Assembly (NCBI GenBank): GCA_963677435.1
Contig: OY781945.1
Span: 800,001 to 864,000 of the forward strand
DNA from: an uncultured Aliarcobacter sp.
GTDB lineage: Bacteria; Campylobacterota; Campylobacteria; Campylobacterales; Arcobacteraceae
DNA: 64,000 bases
Direction of reading: 5' to 3'
How positions within the stretch are numbered: position 1 is the stretch's first letter; the number at the start of each line of letters is the position of its first letter. This document shows positions 60,563 to 64,000 of this stretch, piece after piece. The notes beneath the pieces were generated by a model. The model worked only from the letters and a program-made list of their open reading frames with translations, searched no databases and had not been told where the DNA came from. Made by a program: the position numbers and the translations under genes.

Positions 60563-60571
60563 ATTATAGCA
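60563..60571 (-). promoter_or_regulatory. Extended -10 promoter of fumarate hydratase
   Basis: TGCTATAAT on the minus strand, 30 nt upstream of the ATG. Confidence 0.6.
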
Positions 60572-60708
60572 ATGCTGTGATGAAAGAATTCTTTTATTTA
60601 TAGTTTATTATTTATTTTTTTAAAAGTGTTTAGTTTTTACCTTTTTCTAGACTTTATTTGATATATTTTTTAGTGATTGAGGTGAAAATAAAAAAGAGGG
60701 ATTTATAG

Positions 60709-60738
60709 TTTAACTTAAGGCAAAAACCTTAAGTTAAA
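60709..60738 (-). terminator. Terminator after CitE-type lyase
   Basis: TTTAACTTAAGG-caaaaa-CCTTAAGTTAAA 12-bp stem. Confidence 0.8.
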
Positions 60739-60742
60739 AATA

Positions 60743-61726
60743 TTAAGAGAAGAATCTTGTTTCAACAATATCTTGTAATTTAGTTCCTGAATATTTGGCT
60801 CTTTGAACTAATTCCCAGAAATATCTGTAAGTTGCTCTATCGTGTAATTCACCATCATATTGAATTGGTCCCCACTCAGCATCTTGTGCAGCAATTAAAA
60901 TATTTTGTGCATCTTCAAGCTCTGTAAAGTCTGGTTTCATAGCATCAACAATTGCTTGTACTTGTGTTGGATAAATAGACCACATTCTTAAGAATCCGAA
61001 CTCATTTCTTGCTTTTTCAGCATCTTTATAAGTTTGGTATGGATTTTTTAAATCAAGTGTAACATTATGACAAGGAATAATGTGATTAGAAAGTGCAGCT
61101 TGAACAACTTTAGCTTTAGCAGCTGCAATTAATCTATGATCAAATTGACCTGGACTTCTCATACAAGAAGCAGGAATTGCACCTTGGTACCCAGAAACGA
61201 AGTCCATTAATCCAAAGTCTAATACTTGTACCCAAGGTAATGTTGCAGTTTTTTCAACATCTCTTAAAGCACCATGAGTTTCAATTAAAACATGAATTGG
61301 GATTTCTCTTTTAATTCCAGCTTTTTTTGCTACTTCTTGAATATATTCAACTTGAGTTTTTGCATCTTCATAAGAAGTTGATTTTGGAATAGTAATATAT
61401 GCTAATTTTTCTCCAGCACCTGGTACTAAAATATCAATATCTTGTCTCCAATCTGGATGGTCAAAATCATGAATTCTAGTTCCTGCCATTCCATAAGGAT
61501 TAGCATCAGAATTAACAACTCTTACGATCATTTTTGCATGTTCAACTTCTTTACCCGTTTCAGCTCCATCTTCACAGTCACAAGTAATATCAAAAACAGG
61601 TCCTAATTTTTTTTGCATCTCAAAACCTTTTAAGATTAGCTTTTCGCTACCTGCAAAGTGTTCACAAGATGGGATGATTGGTAAGTTGTCTCCAGAACCA
61701 AATAGTGCTTCATTAGGGTGTGTCAT
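60743..61726 (-). CDS. CitE/HpcH-family acyl-CoA lyase (malyl-/beta-methylmalyl-/citramalyl-CoA lyase-like)
   Basis: DCEDGA, RIH, IPK, LIETHG, FGLMDF (metal-binding Glu/Asp intact), WSIYPTQ, LHDRA. Confidence 0.88.
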   Translation of the reverse strand: MTHPNEALFGSGDNLPIIPSCEHFAGSEKLILKGFEMQKKLGPVFDITCDCEDGAETGKEVEHAKMIVRVVNSDANPYGMAGTRIHDFDHPDWRQDIDILVPGAGEKLAYITIPKSTSYEDAKTQVEYIQEVAKKAGIKREIPIHVLIETHGALRDVEKTATLPWVQVLDFGLMDFVSGYQGAIPASCMRSPGQFDHRLIAAAKAKVVQAALSNHIIPCHNVTLDLKNPYQTYKDAEKARNEFGFLRMWSIYPTQVQAIVDAMKPDFTELEDAQNILIAAQDAEWGPIQYDGELHDRATYRYFWELVQRAKYSGTKLQDIVETRFFS

Positions 61727-61759
61727 ATTATTTCCTTTTTATTAAATTTAAATTTTGTA

Positions 61760-62833
61760 TTATTTTTTTTCAGTTTTTTTCTTTGGAATTACAACTGTAT
61801 AATCCAAATCAAGAACAACATTTGGTAAATATTTACCATCTTCACTTTTTGGATTTTCAATCTCTTTTGGAGTTTGATTTTTAAGAGCAATAGTTCTTAA
61901 TCTTAATAATCCAATATCTTCTCTATTTACTTCAATTGTTTCAATAACTTCAGTATAAGCATAAACAGTGTCCCCTGCATATGTTGGGTTTGCATGAGCT
62001 CCACTGTTAATTGCATACATCCATTGAGCATTTTGTAAACCATTAAATGAAATAGCTCTTGCAGTAGAAATAATGATTCCACCATACATAAGTCTTTGAC
62101 CCATTGGAGTGCTTTTCATCATGTGGTCGTTAAAATGTACTTTTGCATTGTTTTGATATAACTTTGTTGCTAATGTATGATCACTATTATCAATAGTAAT
62201 ACCCTCTGGGTGATTTAATCTTTCACCTTGCTCATAATCTTCAAAGAAATATTTTCCACCGGTTGAATTTGTATCAACACATTTAATTGTTGGAATATTA
62301 ATAACATCAGCAATTGGTGTTGTTTTTGCAAAAGTTGGAACTTCATTTACTCCACTTAAAGTAGAGTGGTCTTTTTTATGAACCATTACCCATCTTTTGA
62401 AGTTTAAAACTTCTGCACCATTTTGGTTTACACCAATAGAGTGAACATAAACAACTCCACTTTTACCATTTGAATTCTCTTTTAATCCAATTACGCTTGA
62501 TGTCATAGAAACTGTGTCTCCAACATAAACTGGATTTGGAAAAGACATCTCTGCATAACCTAAGTTTGCAATTGCATTTAAAGAAATATCTTGAACAGAT
62601 TTTCCAAATGTAAGGTGGAACATTAAAACATCATCAATTGGTTTTTTATCATAACCCATTTCCTTTGCAACTACATCAGAAGAGTGTAGGGCAAATCTAG
62701 AACCAGTAAAAGCGATGTATAAAGATACATCACCATCACTTATAGTTCTTGGAAGTGGATGAATGATTTTTTGACCGATTGAAAAATCTTCAAAAAAGTT
62801 ACCATAATTAATTTTATTGCTTATTTTTGACAA
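61760..62833 (-). CDS. mch: Double-MaoC hydratase, mesaconyl-C1-CoA hydratase-like
   Basis: GNFFEDF, FHLTFGKSVQDISLNAIANLGYAE, VIGLKENSNGKSGVVYV, WVMV; second MaoC domain with LYQNNAKVHFN...YGG; closely recalls Rhodobacter Mch. Confidence 0.82.
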   Translation of the reverse strand: MSKISNKINYGNFFEDFSIGQKIIHPLPRTISDGDVSLYIAFTGSRFALHSSDVVAKEMGYDKKPIDDVLMFHLTFGKSVQDISLNAIANLGYAEMSFPNPVYVGDTVSMTSSVIGLKENSNGKSGVVYVHSIGVNQNGAEVLNFKRWVMVHKKDHSTLSGVNEVPTFAKTTPIADVINIPTIKCVDTNSTGGKYFFEDYEQGERLNHPEGITIDNSDHTLATKLYQNNAKVHFNDHMMKSTPMGQRLMYGGIIISTARAISFNGLQNAQWMYAINSGAHANPTYAGDTVYAYTEVIETIEVNREDIGLLRLRTIALKNQTPKEIENPKSEDGKYLPNVVLDLDYTVVIPKKKTEKK

Positions 62834-62844
62834 ATCTTAACTCC

Positions 62845-64000
62845 TTATTTATTAAATAGGTTTTGACCTAAAGCTTTATATGTTTCATATAATGTAATCA
62901 TTTTTTTAGCCCATTTAATTCTTGAAGAATCTACTAATTTATCATTATGTAAAATTACTTCTTTACCTTCTTTTGCTGCTTCTTCATATTTTGCAATCAT
63001 TTTTTCATAATCTTCAACTTCAGATTGTTTTGGAGTGAAAATATCATTGATATATTCAATTTGAATTGGATGAATTAATGATTTACCATCAAATCCTAAA
63101 TTAAAGGCATCTTTTGTTGAATCTTCACAAGCAAACTCATCATTTACATCAAAGTGTGGTCCATCTATTACTGTTTTCCCATAAGCTTTTGAAGCAAGAG
63201 CAATTTGTGATAAATAATTTACCATTGCTTTTGAACCTTTTTTAATATCAATTTGAAGTCTATTTGCAAGTTTATTAGAACCCACAACAACAACTTCAAC
63301 TTTAGGACTTGCTGCACAGATTTCATGGATATTTAAAACAGCTAATGGAGTTTCAATCATAATCATTAAAGATAAATTTGGATTTAATTCTTCTATTAAT
63401 CTGGCTGCTTCTAAAACATCCTCTTTTGTTTGAACTTTTGAAAATAATAAACCATCAAGTTCAATCTCACGAGCAAGTGCTAAATCTTTTGCAGCATCTT
63501 CACTTCCAAGATTATTGATTCTAAGAACTCTTTCTGATTCACCAAATTTAGCGCCATCTTCTTTATATACTTCTTTGATTACATTTCTTGCTGTTTCTCT
63601 TTGTTCTTGTAAAATTGCTTCAAGATCAAAAATTACAGTATCAGCAAGTACAGTTCTCGCTTTTTGAACATTATGTTTATTATACGCAGGTACAAATAAC
63701 ATTGATCTTCTTGCTTTATATTCAACTACTTTTGTTCCTGTTTCAATCGCATGATATTTTTCATGTAATTGTTTAACAAGTTGTTTTCTTAAAACTTTTC
63801 CATTTTTTGTTCTTGGATAATCAAGCATTGCAAAAATCTCTTTTGGAGCCTTATATTTAGCAAGATTTGCTTGAGCAAATGCTAAAATTTCTGCTTGTTT
63901 TTCTGCTGATAATTCTTCATGTCCAATAACTGCAATTGCAACTATTGTTTTATCTTTTCCAATATCTAAACCAAAAGCAACACAATCAGCCACTGCATCG
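62845..64000 (-). CDS. Acyl-CoA synthetase (AMP-binding) fused to a C-terminal CitE/Mcl2-like domain (partial, N-terminus beyond right edge)
   Basis: LAKYKAPK...YPRTKNGKVLR (adenylation A10 motif), then in frame RRSMLFVP...IFDLE...RIN...MIETP...GFDGKSLIHP; frame open to the window edge. Confidence 0.88.
   Translation of the reverse strand, partial: DAVADCVAFGLDIGKDKTIVAIAVIGHEELSAEKQAEILAFAQANLAKYKAPKEIFAMLDYPRTKNGKVLRKQLVKQLHEKYHAIETGTKVVEYKARRSMLFVPAYNKHNVQKARTVLADTVIFDLEAILQEQRETARNVIKEVYKEDGAKFGESERVLRINNLGSEDAAKDLALAREIELDGLLFSKVQTKEDVLEAARLIEELNPNLSLMIMIETPLAVLNIHEICAASPKVEVVVVGSNKLANRLQIDIKKGSKAMVNYLSQIALASKAYGKTVIDGPHFDVNDEFACEDSTKDAFNLGFDGKSLIHPIQIEYINDIFTPKQSEVEDYEKMIAKYEEAAKEGKEVILHNDKLVDSSRIKWAKKMITLYETYKALGQNLFNK

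Noticed and set aside
60743..64000. Reading the CitE genes as citrate lyase, or the operon as canonical itaconate degradation (ict-ich-ccl / ripABC)
   Set aside because: No citD/citF/citC or CoA-transferase is visible, and the hydratase motifs match Mch rather than Ich. Not fully excluded, because the operon continues beyond the window.

Overview
Very AT-rich chromosomal window from a Campylobacterota bacterium, most likely Arcobacteraceae (inferred from gene order, protein sequences and TGnTATAAT promoters). From left to right: a partial MFS transporter; rpsL-rpsG-fusA; nadK-recN; a 965-aa chemoreceptor (two Cache_2 domains, CZB domain, EWESF tail); a housekeeping block (U32 peptidase, GT9-like, purE, glutaredoxin, glyQ, Nif3, Zn-ribbon, waaA, RluA family, ffh-rpsP-khpA-rimM); a ~33 kb flagellar/chemotaxis cluster (20001-52872) with two tandem hook paralogues, a PomAB-like stator carrying Na+-type signatures, PflA/PflB-like TPR proteins and several orphan genes, but no fliA/flgM; a small operon with a molybdopterin oxidoreductase; mscL with a Zn-ribbon tail; and, at the right edge, a minus-strand cluster. 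That cluster encodes an acyl-CoA ligase-CitE fusion, a mesaconyl-CoA hydratase-like protein, a CitE-type lyase, a class I fumarase and an FAH-fold protein. It is the best candidate here for an undescribed system: a C5-dicarboxylate (mesaconate/citramalate/methylmalyl-CoA) pathway, possibly for acetate or glyoxylate assimilation. I saw no rRNA, tRNA, CRISPR array or mobile element. All homology calls are from motif recognition and recalled sequences, not database searches.
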